Assembly (NCBI RefSeq): GCF_006345805.1
Contig: NC_043010.1
Span: 24,986,001-25,050,000 of the forward strand
DNA length: 64,000 bases
Direction of reading: 5' to 3'
Source of the DNA: Octopus sinensis
Lineage: Eukaryota
Positions 25,446-37,192 of this stretch are shown piece by piece. Below the pieces are notes generated by a model that was not told where the DNA came from, did no database searches, and worked only from the letters and a program-made list of their open reading frames with translations. A program made the position numbers and the translations under genes. Numbering within the stretch: position 1 is the stretch's first letter; each line of letters opens with the position of its first letter.

Positions 25446-26070
25446 AGCCACTTTGACTATTGCTCTCAGTTATGGTCACCATCCAGTGTCAAGTTGATCA
25501 CAGAGCTCGAGGCGAACCAGCGTAGCTACACGAAGAAGATAGCCTCTATGCAGAATGTAAGCTACTGGGAAAGACTCAAGAGATTAAAACTATATTCCTT
25601 GGAGCGTAGGCGGGAAAGATATGCCATAATATACATCTGGAAGATCCTGGAGGGACGTGTCCCAAACTTTGGCATCGAGAGTTACACAAATGCCAGAACT
25701 GAGCGCCACTGCATGGTGCCTAGGACTCCAAATTTGCCATCAAGATGTAGGACAAGATACTGTGATAGCCTGGGCTTCCGTGGCCCACAGCTCTTCAATA
25801 TCCTCCCGAAGAACCTGAGAGACCTGCATGGGGTGGATGCAGATGTCTTTAAAATGGAACTGGATCTCTTCCTGTCAGGTGTCCCAGATGAACCAACTTC
25901 ACGGCAGGAGGTGCAAATGAGGGCAGCTGCATCGAACTGTCTAATGCACCAAATGGCAGTTGCTAAAAAGCTTTCGTGAAGTAAAACCAAGTAGCAACAC
26001 CAAATGGCGGTGCCCCAGCATGGCCACAGCTCATGAGCTGAAACTAGAATCAATCATCAATCAATCAATC
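25446..26070 (+). mobile_element. CR1-group LINE 3' fragment with (TCAA)n tail
   Basis: ORF 25494-25979 SYWERLKRLKLYSLERRRERYAIIYIWKILEG; same family as 16178-18707. Confidence 0.88.
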
Positions 26071-26332
<262 letters not shown>

Positions 26333-26404
26333 TATTTTCCGGGAACGCTGCCGCTGTTCTCTTTTAGAGAGACTTAGTTATTTTAATATTTCTATTATAT
26401 ATAT

Positions 26405-26483
<79 letters not shown>

Positions 26484-26528
26484 TATATATAATATATATA
26501 TATATATATATAATATATATATATATAT

Positions 26529-26647
<119 letters not shown>

Positions 26648-26653
26648 AAGGGT

Positions 26654-27033
26654 GGAGGCGCAATGGCCCAGTGGTTAGGGCAGCGGACTCGCCGTCATAG
26701 GACCGCGGTTTCGATTCCCAGACCGGGTGTTGTGAGTGTTTATTGAGCGAAAACACCTAAAAGCTCCACGAGGCTCCGGCAGGGGATGGTGGTGATCCCT
26801 ACTGTACTCTTTCACCACAACTTTCTCTCACTCTTACTTCCTGTTTCTGTTGTACCTGTATTTCAAGGGGCCGGCCTTGTCACTCTCTGTGTCACGCTGA
26901 ATATCCCCGAGAACTACGTTAAGGGTGCACATGTCTGTGGAGTGCTCAGCCACTTACACGTTAATTTCATGAGCAGGCTGTTCTGTTGTTTCGGATCAAC
27001 TGGAACCCTCATCGTCGTAACCGACGGAGTGCT
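26654..27033 (+). mobile_element. tRNA-derived SINE
   Basis: GGAGGCGCAATGGCCCAGTGGTTAGGGCAGCGGACTC...GGTTTCGATTCCC head with Pol III box A/B, followed by non-tRNA body; no complete acceptor stem. Confidence 0.85.
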
Positions 27034-27202
27034 TCCATTCCATATTTCAAGGGCTAAATACCAGTATGTGGACAGCCATATGCTAGAAATAGATCACCTA
27101 CGATCAAACTACAAAGAAAGAATGTTCTCTAGAGAAAGTTCAGTGTACACCAGAACAATAGGCGGGCAAGACAGGTGAAAATTATATAAAAATCAACAAT
27201 TA

Positions 27203-27277
27203 ATCACATACCAGTTTCGTCTATTAACAAATAAATCACTTACGTAATCCTTTGTCCGTAGGACTCATCAGTACGAT
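27203..27277 (-). ncRNA. Type I hammerhead ribozyme with 46-nt extended stem II capped by a GUAA tetraloop
   Basis: Minus strand AUCGUA-CUGAUGA-GUC CUAC GGACAAA GGAUUAC GUAA GUGAUUU A UUUGUU AAUA GAC-GAAAC UG GUA-UGUGAU. Confidence 0.78.
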
Positions 27278-28128
27278 CGTTCCAAATGCAAATAATTTGT
27301 AAAAACTAACCACCAGTTTTCCATATAAAAACAGACACATGCTTAGTTCCACCGATTACATTGGGGTTAATTTCAAATGTCTGAATTCTGGCACACTAAA
27401 TTCCGGAAACAAAAACTGCAGCAAATAATTTACTGCAGTTAATGCTGCCTATTAGAGAACATATTTATTTTAACATTTAAATAATGAGGAAGATAAATTG
27501 AATATTAATTCAATTAATATCAATTTAAAACCAGTAGCCTAGCATACAAAAATCAGAGAAAATTCTAATACATGTGTATATTTTAAGGGCTAAAAACCAC
27601 TATGTGGACAGCCATATGCTAGAAATAGATCACCTACGATCAAACTACAAAGAAAGAATGTTCTCTAGAGAAAGTTCAGCGGACTCCAGATGTTCTCTAA
27701 TAGGCAGCATTAACTGCAGTAAATTATTTGCTGCAGTTTTCGTTTCCGGAATTTCACTCCGTCAAAGAACCACCATTCACAAAGAGCAAATCCGCCACCC
27801 ACAATACAGACACTTAAAGGTGAGTGAACACATAGAAAGGTGTGCCAAGAATCTTAATCCTAATTTCCAAATCATCCCCTTCTATCAATGTTCACAGAAC
27901 ACCACAATACAACAAAGGTTGAATAAAGAGGCATTTTTCATCAATAAATATCTCCCCCAACTAAATATGAACACACAACTCAATACAGAACACCACTAAC
28001 CCCTATACACTCCCTAAACCATTCACATTACAATTCTACATCTAAATCCAGAACTACTTACCTCCCTTACAAATAATCTTTTTTCTCAGGAACAATTAGA
28101 CCTGACACCCTGTATTAGCAGGTGTATT

Positions 28129-28169
28129 CAAAGCAATGAATAGCTTTTCAGAAACCATGGTATGCTTTG
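28129..28169 (+). ncRNA. Minimal hammerhead-like motif with A3-U8 core pair and palindromic stem III
   Basis: CAAAGCA-AUGAAUA-GCUUUUCA-GAAAC CAUG GUA-UGCUUUG: 7-bp perfect stem I, ACCAUGGU palindrome. Confidence 0.5.
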
Positions 28170-28554
28170 TTTTCTGACTTTATTTGTCGTTACCTTTCAT
28201 AAAAAGCCTTTTTTTTTTTTACAATGTGCATTTTCGTTGATTTTTCATATTTTCCCCTTACATTTCCACGTGTATTTTATATTTTCTTTTTGTAACATAT
28301 TTCTACTATATATTGCGAAAAATATACCCACTCTACTGACAGATATGTGAGTGCATCTTTCCTCTGACTTATGGTTTCTTAGACCCGTGGTTCCCAACAG
28401 TGAGCAGTACTGCCTCCTTGGGGGGCAGTGGAATGATCCAGAGTGGGCAGCGTTGAAGAAAAGTGGGATGATAATGGGGTGGGGGGAAAAATGGGGTGAT
28501 TAATGTTAAAAGAAAAAAATATTTAATAGGTTAATGAGGTTTAAGTTTTATTTG

Positions 28555-28850
28555 GGATCTTTTCCTTTTGAACGGCACTTTGTAACATAATTTCTAGTTA
28601 ACTAAACACTTTTAAACTTCGTATACTGGTAGAATGTGTTTATAAAATATCATTTTTTCTTGGCTTTATTGAGAAAATTCTATAGGTTGTAAGATATTTC
28701 GTCTGAAATTTCGAGCATTTCGGCAATTTTAACCAATCGCTGGATTCCATTTTGGTAAACAACATTCCATGCTGTATGAATATGTCCTTCCTTTAAGAAA
28801 CAGATTGGGTTTATTTACATTTGTGAAGAAAAAAAGGTACCCTTCCCCAA
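28555..28850. mobile_element. MITE-like repeat; inverted homologue at 61077-61350
   Basis: ~290-bp sequence matches the reverse complement of 61077-61350; imperfect terminal repeats GGGATCTTTT / AAAAGGTACCC. Confidence 0.65.
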
Positions 28851-28895
28851 GCCCTATCTCTAACCCTGTAAATATATCGATATATATATATGTAT

Positions 28896-28967
<72 letters not shown>

Positions 28968-30836
28968 ATATATATATATATATATGTATTCGTAGATTCA
29001 TATATACATTTGCGTTCGTAAAAATGAGTTTCGAACTAAATGTAGTGATATATAGGTATTATATTTTCAAATAATTCAACATACATACTGCTGTCAGTTA
29101 GATAGACATATTTCTCAATAGTTCAACATAGATTTTGCAGTAATCTTTCTTCAAGTAAGAAAGTAGAAATTAGAAAGAGGAACTGCGACGCTTTCCTCCA
29201 CACATATACTAAACCTAAGAGGAAATACACAGAAATGTGTGTGTGTGTGTGTGTGTGCTAAGTTGGTGGTTAGCGTCCTTCGGTAACCCATAGTTACTGA
29301 AAACATGACATGTAAAAACAAATCCACGTTAAAACCGGAAACGTTTCTAGCCTTAAGAAAGGAAAGAAAAAAATCTATAAGTATCACCATATTGTTTTTA
29401 TTCCGTCTCTTATCAGTATTAGCTTTCTGTTATTTATGTTGATAGGAGGTGAGAAGAGGGTCCATATAGTTTAGTATTAAGGTCAGCTCTTATCCTACAT
29501 GCCCATTAATCAAAGAAAGTGCCGCTGTGAGCGATCTCGTTTTTATTCTGACAAAGTGTATCTAGGATTATTTTATCGAAAGCAGAGGTTCTCAGACTAT
29601 CAAATAGCAGTCACCTGAATCCCACCCACATTCACACTGAAAAATATATTATTGAAAATCCCACCATCCCCATCGCCTTTATATTTACAGTCCATGTAAC
29701 ACTGATGCTGGCCGAGAGAAAACGATTTAAAACAATTTTAATTATATAAAACGTGTTAATATGTCTGCCCTTTTCAACCTTCAGGCACCCCACCTACCGC
29801 CCTGACTTCTTCAATGAGAAGTACTGAACTAATGGTTTCGTTCTTCTTGTTGCCAGCCCTAGTTAATCGCTAACATTCCATTCGTTTTCATCATATTTTC
29901 CATAGGTTTGTGTTCTGCGTTGTTGGGAACAAACATTTCCATCCTGTTTAAGATTGTCGGGTATGATTGAGAAAGATTTAGCTGCTCTTTCTGGCAGCTT
30001 CGAATGACTACGCAGTGTTTCTCTCGTTGGCTTATGCACGCGTCGGTGCGTGTGCGTATGTGAGTGTGTACACACTCACACATACACAAGCACACACATT
30101 GAGAGAGGGGGAGAGAAAGTTGTGCAATAAGTTTTCATAAGCCTGAAAAGTAACAAGCCTTCCTAAACTCTACGTTAGGTTTTGTATATATGTCTGTCTG
30201 TCTGTCTATATATCTATATATCTATCTATCTATCTATATAGAATTAAGTTTATGTCAAGTAACTCTAAGATTAAAAATTCTATATACCAGTGTATAATCA
30301 GTATTCGTTATAAAGTACGATTTTACATTGGAAGCACATCGTTAGAGTTATCTAAAAGAATTTCTATCCATTACTCAACATTTAGGGATAGAAATAAACG
30401 GAATAGTACCGGTCTCAGCAAACTGATTTGGGATTTAAAAGACCACAATGAACAATTTCATTTAGAATGGTTGATTCTCTCAATTTCGATACCATATGAC
30501 AAAGGCAAGAAATTCTGTCTTCTCTGCAATTCTGAGCTATTTTTCATTATTTTTTCTAAAAATACTCTAGTAAACACGGTTATAGAGCGAGCATACAGAT
30601 GTAAGCATTGGCAAAACACATTTACTGCATATAAGTAGTCTCTATCATATATAATTTAAACTTTAATTTCCTTTATATTATAACATTCACTATTAATATC
30701 CCTACTCTTTCTGTTAGCTACTTATGATGTTATATCATCTAACGTTTTTTCAACAATATTAATAGCGTTCTGTCAATCGCTATACAAATCCATCATTTTT
30801 TGCTAAAATGTCTTATTGACGAGTTTCGTTTTTTTC

Positions 30837-30924
30837 ACTTTCCTGAGGAGAAGATTGCATTGTTTATTTATACCTATTATTCTTTTGAATAGCATGTGTA
30901 ATTTTCGAAACATGTGTCGAAAGT
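30837..30924 (+). ncRNA. Type I hammerhead ribozyme with 57-nt extended stem II (5' pLTR)
   Basis: ACUUUC-CUGAGGA-[GAAGAUUGCA...UGUAAUUUUC]-GAAAC AUGU GUC-GAAAGU; 6-bp stem I, 10-bp basal stem II, ACAUGU palindrome. Confidence 0.8.
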
Positions 30925-33702
30925 AAAAATATTTGATTACACCTGCGTTAAACTCCATTTATTTATTCATATATTATTCAAAATATTCAACGTAAACACG
31001 AAGTTTCTACCCTTATAAACAAGGAGTTACAACACCTCTACTTGTGAGATTTTTGCTGCCCTGGTAACTATTTATTTATTTTTTCCATGTTAATTGTTAA
31101 CAAGGTAAAAATACACTCATCTATTTATAATACTTTAATCAGGTTTATTAATAACCTGCTAACTGAATAGTTACAGCATATGGAGTTATTGAATATTAAC
31201 GCATCTCTTAAGGACATTCCTATTCCACCTAAGAATGTTTTCCTTAAACAACTTGTCAATAAGATAAATTCATTCATCAACCGAATAAGATGGCTTACCG
31301 TTTTCTTTAACAAAAATGACACTCAACAACACACTAATGATAAAACATCTGAGTTCAACAAGTTATTTAAATCTAAAAATAGTCCACTGCCTGACCCAAG
31401 ATTGAAGCAATTTGAAGATAATCTCTGGTCCATTGTGAGAAATGTAAATTTTCAACAATCACCACTAAGAAATAAGCATCTGAGGTATCTTCGCAACATC
31501 ACCAAAGAAATCAATTCTATGGATACTATGTTGGTTCAATCTGATAAAACTGGAAATCTGTACAAACTTGATAAAGACTATTATTTGGAATTACTTAAAA
31601 AAGAAATTCAGAAAAAGTATAAAATTGCTGATAAAAGAATACTTAAGAAAGCCAACATTGAGGCTATGAAAATCATGGAGAAATATAACCTACAAATGAA
31701 GACAGAACCACTTGATCCTAAGCAACCTCGGTTCATTTTGAAGGATCACAAACTAAATTTTTTTACTAACCCATCATTGAGGCTTATCTGCCCTTCTAGC
31801 TCTGACATCGGCATCCTTAGTAAAAATATACTAGATAAATATATTCCTAATTTAATTAAAACATTAAAACTTAGTTTATGGACTAATTTGTTTGAAGTAG
31901 TTGACTGGTTTAGTTCTATTACCAATAAGGTGAGTACTAAGTTTATCCAGTTTGATATTTCCAATTTTTATTCATTTATCAATCCAATAGTACTTAATAA
32001 GGCACTTTGGCTTGCTCATAACAAAGCTGGTCTCACCCGAGAAGAAATTAATGTTGTGTTGGCAGCCAGAAGATCTATTATTAAATTTGATGATAAGTTG
32101 TGGGTCCGTAAAGACACACCAGATAGTTTCGATATACCAATGGGAAGTTCTGATTCAGCACAGATAGCTGATTTGGTCTGTATATATATTCTTTCTGAAA
32201 TGGCTGAAGAGTTCCCTAACATTTATGGAGGTCTATATGATGTGATGATTGTTTACTTTACCTCCAAAATGTTTCCAACCAAAAGGTACAATAAGTTAAG
32301 AATAGTTTAGTTAATTTTTTCAGTAGAATGGGTTTAAAAATCGTTTTTGATGACAATATGACAAAGGCCAACTTTTTAGATATTACGCTTAATTTACACA
32401 GTGACTCTTACTTCCCATATCATAAACCGTTGACCAATCTTAAGAACATTAGCAAATTTAGTAATCACCCTGGAGCAATTACTGAGAACCTAGTTAAGAA
32501 TATTTCACTTAGATTATCTAAATTCTGCTAATGTTGATATTTTCAATAATAATGCTGAATTCTATAACTCTGCCTTAATCAAAGCAGGTTATACAGAGAA
32601 AATTTTCTACATTGATTCTGCTCAGTCTAATTGTAAATTCAATAATGTAGATAAGATTTCTAGTCGTAAAAGAATTATTGATAACAAACATAACTTACGC
32701 ACCGATACAAAGCGAATGAAGGCAGATAACCCTTATTTAATCCCCTATTATCGATCTAAAAGTAAATATAACACCTTCAAAAGTAATTACGCTATGAATA
32801 CTAGTAAAAATATTTGGTTTATAATTCCTTACGGGAGACAAATTAAATCTAATCTCCCACTGCTGTTTCGTCAAGCTATTGCTAGGAATTTTCCAAACAA
32901 TTCTAGATATTACTCTATTATCAATTCACATAAGGTTAGGATAGGTTTTTCAAACACAAAAAATCTCTTGCAAATTATCTCTTCTCATAATAACAAACTG
33001 TTAAATATTAATACATTTACTAATACTAACATTAATTTAGCTAATACCATTCAACCCTCTAGAAATATTAATAACAAGGTTATTGTATCTGAAGTCAATT
33101 CCAATAGAATTAGTTTATGTCAAGTAACTCTAAGATTAAAAATTCTATATACCAGTGTATAATCAGTACTCGTTATAAAGTACGATTTTACATTGGACGC
33201 ACATCGTTAGAGTTATCTAAAAGAATTTCTATCCATTACTCAACATTTAGGGATAGAAATAAATGGAATAGTACCGGTCTCAGCAAACTGATTTGGGATT
33301 TAAAAGACCACAATGAACAATTTCATTTAGAATGGTTGATTCTCTCAATTTCGATACCATATGACAAAGGCAAGAAATTCTGTCTTCTCTGCAATTCTGA
33401 GCTATTTTTCATTATTTTTTCTAAAAATACTCTAGTAAACACGGTTATAGAGCGAGCATACAGATGTAAGCATTGGCAAAAACATACATTTAGTGCATAT
33501 AAGTAGTCTCTATCATTATATATAATTTAAACTTTAATTTCCTTTATATTATAACATTCACTATTAATATCCCTACTCTTTCTGTTAGCTACTTATGACG
33601 TTATATCATATAATGTTTTTTTCAACAATAGCGTTCTGTCAATCGCTATACAAATCCATCATTTTTTGCTAAAATGTCTTATTGACGAGTTTCGTTTTTT
33701 TC

Positions 33703-33748
33703 ACTTTCCTGAATAGTATGTGTAATTTTCGAAACATGTGTCGAAAGT
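33703..33748 (+). ncRNA. Deleted (inactive) copy of the hammerhead in the 3' pLTR
   Basis: 42-nt deletion between TGA microhomologies removes part of the core and the 5' strand of stem II; stems I and III intact. Confidence 0.7.
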
Positions 33749-33792
33749 AAAAATATTTGATTACACCTGCGTTAAACTCCATTTATTTATTC

Positions 33793-33823
<31 letters not shown>

Positions 33824-33843
33824 ACAACACACACACACACACA

Positions 33844-33946
<103 letters not shown>

Positions 33947-33985
33947 CATACACACTCACACACATACACATATATAGTTGATAAA

Positions 33986-34380
33986 TCTCTATATGTATAA
34001 AGCTGAAGTTGTCTGTGTATGGCAGGTTTGGTAGCCTTCAACTAACACTATCTCCTCCAAGACCCTGTGGCGCAAGTTGACCAAAATTGAGAGTATGATA
34101 GAAGAAGGCTTGCTCTTCCTTCCTTAGAAGAAAGAATTTGAATCGGACCATGTTAACACCAAAAATTATTTACATTAAAAAGGTGTTTTTTTTTTTCTAT
34201 GAAAATCCTTATTTTTTACGATTTTTTTACTGTTGTGTTGCCATTTTTTGGTGTATTTCAACCAGAAAAATATTCACTTAAAGAGAATAACAAGCTACAT
34301 AATGCAAAATTTTTACTTTTCAAAAATTCCAATTCTAAGGGGTCGAAATAAACCTGAGCAATGCCGAGCGATACTGCTAG
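33986..34380 (+). mobile_element. Short non-autonomous Helitron
   Basis: A|TCTCTATATGTATAAAG start; degenerate CCTGAGCAATGCCGAG hairpin then GATACTGCTAG|T. Confidence 0.75.
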
Positions 34381-34439
34381 TAAAAGATATATCAGAAAAG
34401 AAGCGCACTAAAGAATAGAGCAGTAATTGTTACAACAAA

Positions 34440-35100
34440 ATTTTTAAATTTTTGTCTGTGATCTTATTGGACTGTACATCCTAGAAATCTTAGGGAAGAG
34501 GTTTCCTTTGGTCTTCTTCGGCTTCTACAGAGATGACACCCTACCCATCTCTAGAGGAGCCAGCAGCCACACATTAGACAGACTTAGAAAGGACCTAAGT
34601 AGCACCTTAGGCTCAATGGGTGTCAAGATCACCATTGAGACTAATCTCACCACAGTGGATTTCTTAGATATTTATTTAGATCTGGGCTCTGGTACATACA
34701 GGCCCTGTCACAAGCCAAACGAGAGACTGTCTTATATTAGCAGAGCCTCCTGCCACCTCACCCCTATAATTTTCAAGAAGTTAGTGAAAGGTGTAAGCAA
34801 GAGGATCTCGAATCTATCCTCAAGCCAAGATATCTTCGATGCCACAGCCCCCTACTACAATGAGGTTCTAGTATCAAGTGAGTTTAAAAGACTGCATCTC
34901 CCATATGCCTAGCCCTAGCACCCATAAAAGGAAGCACCGCAGAAATGTCGTTTGGTTTGTTCCACCGTTTTCGCTCAACGTCAAGACTTGTGTGGGAAAG
35001 ATTTCCTTAAATTGATAAACAAACATTTCACACACACACATAGATTCAGGTATTTATTTAACAGACACAATCTATGAGTCTCCTTTAGTTGTGCACCTAA
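34440..35100 (+). mobile_element. Penelope-like (Hydra-clade-like) RT fragment
   Basis: ORF 34508-34912 GFYRDD...VDFLDIYLDL..TYRPCHKPN...RISNLSSS..F...Y; then VVWFVPPFSLNVKT. Confidence 0.8.
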
Positions 35101-37155
35101 CATCATCATCATCATCATCATCGTTTAGTGTCCGCTTTCCATGCTAGCATGGGTTGGACGGTTCAACTGGGGTCTGGGAAGCCAGAAGGCTGCAACAGGC
35201 TCAGTCTGATCTGGCAATGTTTCTACGGCTGGATGCCCTTCCTAATGCCAACCACTCTGTGAGTGTAGTGGGTGCTTTTTACATGCCACTGGCACAGGTG
35301 CCAGACGAGGCTTGCAAACGGCTACGATCGGATGGTGCTTTTTACGTGCCACCAGCACAGGGGTCAGGCAAGGCTGGCAACGGCCACGATCGGATGGTGC
35401 TTTTTATGTGCCACCGACACGAGGCCAGTTGAGGCGGCACTGGCAACGGCCACGTTCGGATGGTTCTCTTACGTACCACCGGCACTGGTATCACAGCTGC
35501 AATTTCCATTGATGTTGATCGATTTGGATTTGGATTTTGGATTTTCACTTGCCTCAACAGGTCTTCACAAGTAGAGTTTTGTGTCCCAAGAAGGAAAGGT
35601 ATGCATAAGTGGACTGGCTATATCCCATATAGAGGCCACGGGTTATGGTCTCACTTGTCCTGCCGGGTCTTCTCACGCACAGCATACTTCCAAAGGTCTC
35701 GGTCTCTAGTGAGACCTAAAGTTCGAAGGTCGTGCTTCACCACCTCGTCCCAGGTTTTCTTGGGTCTGCCTCTTCCACAGGTTCCCTCAACTGCTAGGGT
35801 GTAGCACTTTTTCACACAACTATCTTCATCCATTCTCGCCACATGACCATACCAGCGCAAACGTCTCTCTTGCACACCACAACTGATGCTTCTTAGGTCC
35901 AACTTTTCTCTCAAAGTACTTACACTCTGTCGAGTATGAACACTGACATTACACATCCATCGGAGCATACTGGCTTCATTTCTTGTGAGCTTACGCATAT
36001 ATCCTCAGCAGTCATGGCCCATGTTTCACTGCCATGTAGCATGGCTGTTCATACACATGCATCATACAGTCTGCCTTTTACTCTTAGCGAGTGGCCTTTT
36101 GTCACCAGCAGAGGTAAGAGCTCTCTGAACTTTGCCCAAGCTATTCTTACTCTAGCAGTTACACTTTCAGCACACCCGCCCCCGCTACTGACTTGGTCAC
36201 CTAGGTAACAGAAGCTATCAACTATTTCTAGTTTTTCTCCCTGGAATGTGGCAGAAGTTGGTCTCAGAGCATCTTCAGTGTTTATTGCTCCTGAGCATCT
36301 GCCACATACAAAAACTATCTTCGCAGTTAGCCTTCCCTTGATGTTACTGCACCTCTTATGTGTCCATAGCTTACACTTGGTGCATCTTATAGAGTTTCTA
36401 CCTACGCCTTTTCTACAGATTGAGCAGGGCCATCTACCTGAAGGCATTTGTGATTTGTCTACCTTCCTACTTATTAGGACTTTGGTTTTAGCTAGATTGA
36501 CTCTAAGGCCCTTCGATTCTAATCCTTGCTTCCACACCTTAAACTTCTCCTCCAGTTCTGATAGTGACTCAGCAATTAGAGCAAGGTCATCAGCATAGAA
36601 GAGTTCCCAGGGGCATCCTGTCTTGAATTCCTCTGTTATTGCCTGGAGGACTATGATAAATAGGAGGGGGCTGAGGACTGAGCCTTGCTGGACCCCTACC
36701 TCCACCTGGAATTCTTCACTGTACTTGTTGCCAACCCTCACCTTACTAGCGGCGTCCCTGTACATGGCTCGCACTGCTCTCACTAACCATTCATCTATCC
36801 CTAGTTTCCTCATTGACCACCAGATAAGGGATCGGGGGAACCTGTCGAAGGCTTTCTCCATGTCAACAAAAGCCAGGTACAGGGGCTTATCTTTGGCTAG
36901 GTATTTCTCCTGCAGCTGCCTTACCAGGAATATAGCATCAGTTGTACTTTTCCCTGGCACGAACCCAAGCTGCATCTCATCTAAACGAACTCTCTCTCTA
37001 ATTAGTTGGGCTATGACCCTCTCCGTAACCTTCATTACCTGATCCAACAGCTTGATACCTCTGTAATTATTTGTATCTAGGGCGTCACCATTACCTTTGT
37101 AGCAGTTGACTATTATGCTGCTACACCAGTCATTGAGTATGACTCCTTCAGGTGA
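35101..37155 (-). mobile_element. RTE-clade LINE, 5'-truncated, with (GAT)n tail
   Basis: ORF 36049-37047 FVDMEKAFDR, GVQQGSVLSPLLF, FYADDL, DSFCYLG; repeated motifs in the 3' UTR. Confidence 0.92.
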
Positions 37156-37192
37156 CTAGGCTATAGCTGACACTAACATAAAAAAAAACATT

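Larger units (their letters stand above)
27040..28360 (+). mobile_element. Penelope-like composite: direct and inverted pLTR-like repeats plus GIY-YIG C-terminal fragment (27755-27999) and 3' pLTR
   Basis: LRQRTTIHKEQIRHPQYRHLKVSEHIERCAK..PNFQIIPFYQ...QRLNKEAFFINKY.P.LN is similar to 3940-4266; ~100-bp direct repeat 27046/27583; ~65-bp inverted repeat 27398-27452 vs 27690-27755. Confidence 0.7.
30241..33795 (+). mobile_element. Near full-length Penelope-like element (Hydra-clade-like) with direct 5' and 3' pseudo-LTRs; frameshifted RT and GIY-YIG
   Basis: ORF 31180-32310 (SLKDIPIP..FLKQL..FINRIRW, RLICPSSSDIG, FIQFDISNFYS, MGSSDSAQIADLV); DD motif recoverable after a frameshift; 33117-33506 SIYQC..FYIGRT..CLLC..RCKH; 30243-30970 duplicates 33109-33795. 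Confidence 0.9.

Noticed and set aside
26654-26730. tRNA gene
   Set aside because: Box A/B head runs into a non-tRNA body without a full cloverleaf; it is a SINE.
33084-33116. TGT ATC TGA in frame with the endonuclease as a possible C-x-Sec (selenoprotein PLE)
   Set aside because: Two TAG stops follow in the same frame, the copy is decayed and no SECIS was recognised. Selenoprotein PLEs are described for N-terminal-EN Naiads, whereas this element has a C-terminal EN.
35270-35480. Regularly repeated motif with variable spacers in the RTE 3' UTR as a CRISPR-like array
   Set aside because: Eukaryotic retroelement UTR with degenerate internal repeats, also present at 52295-52470; no cas genes.
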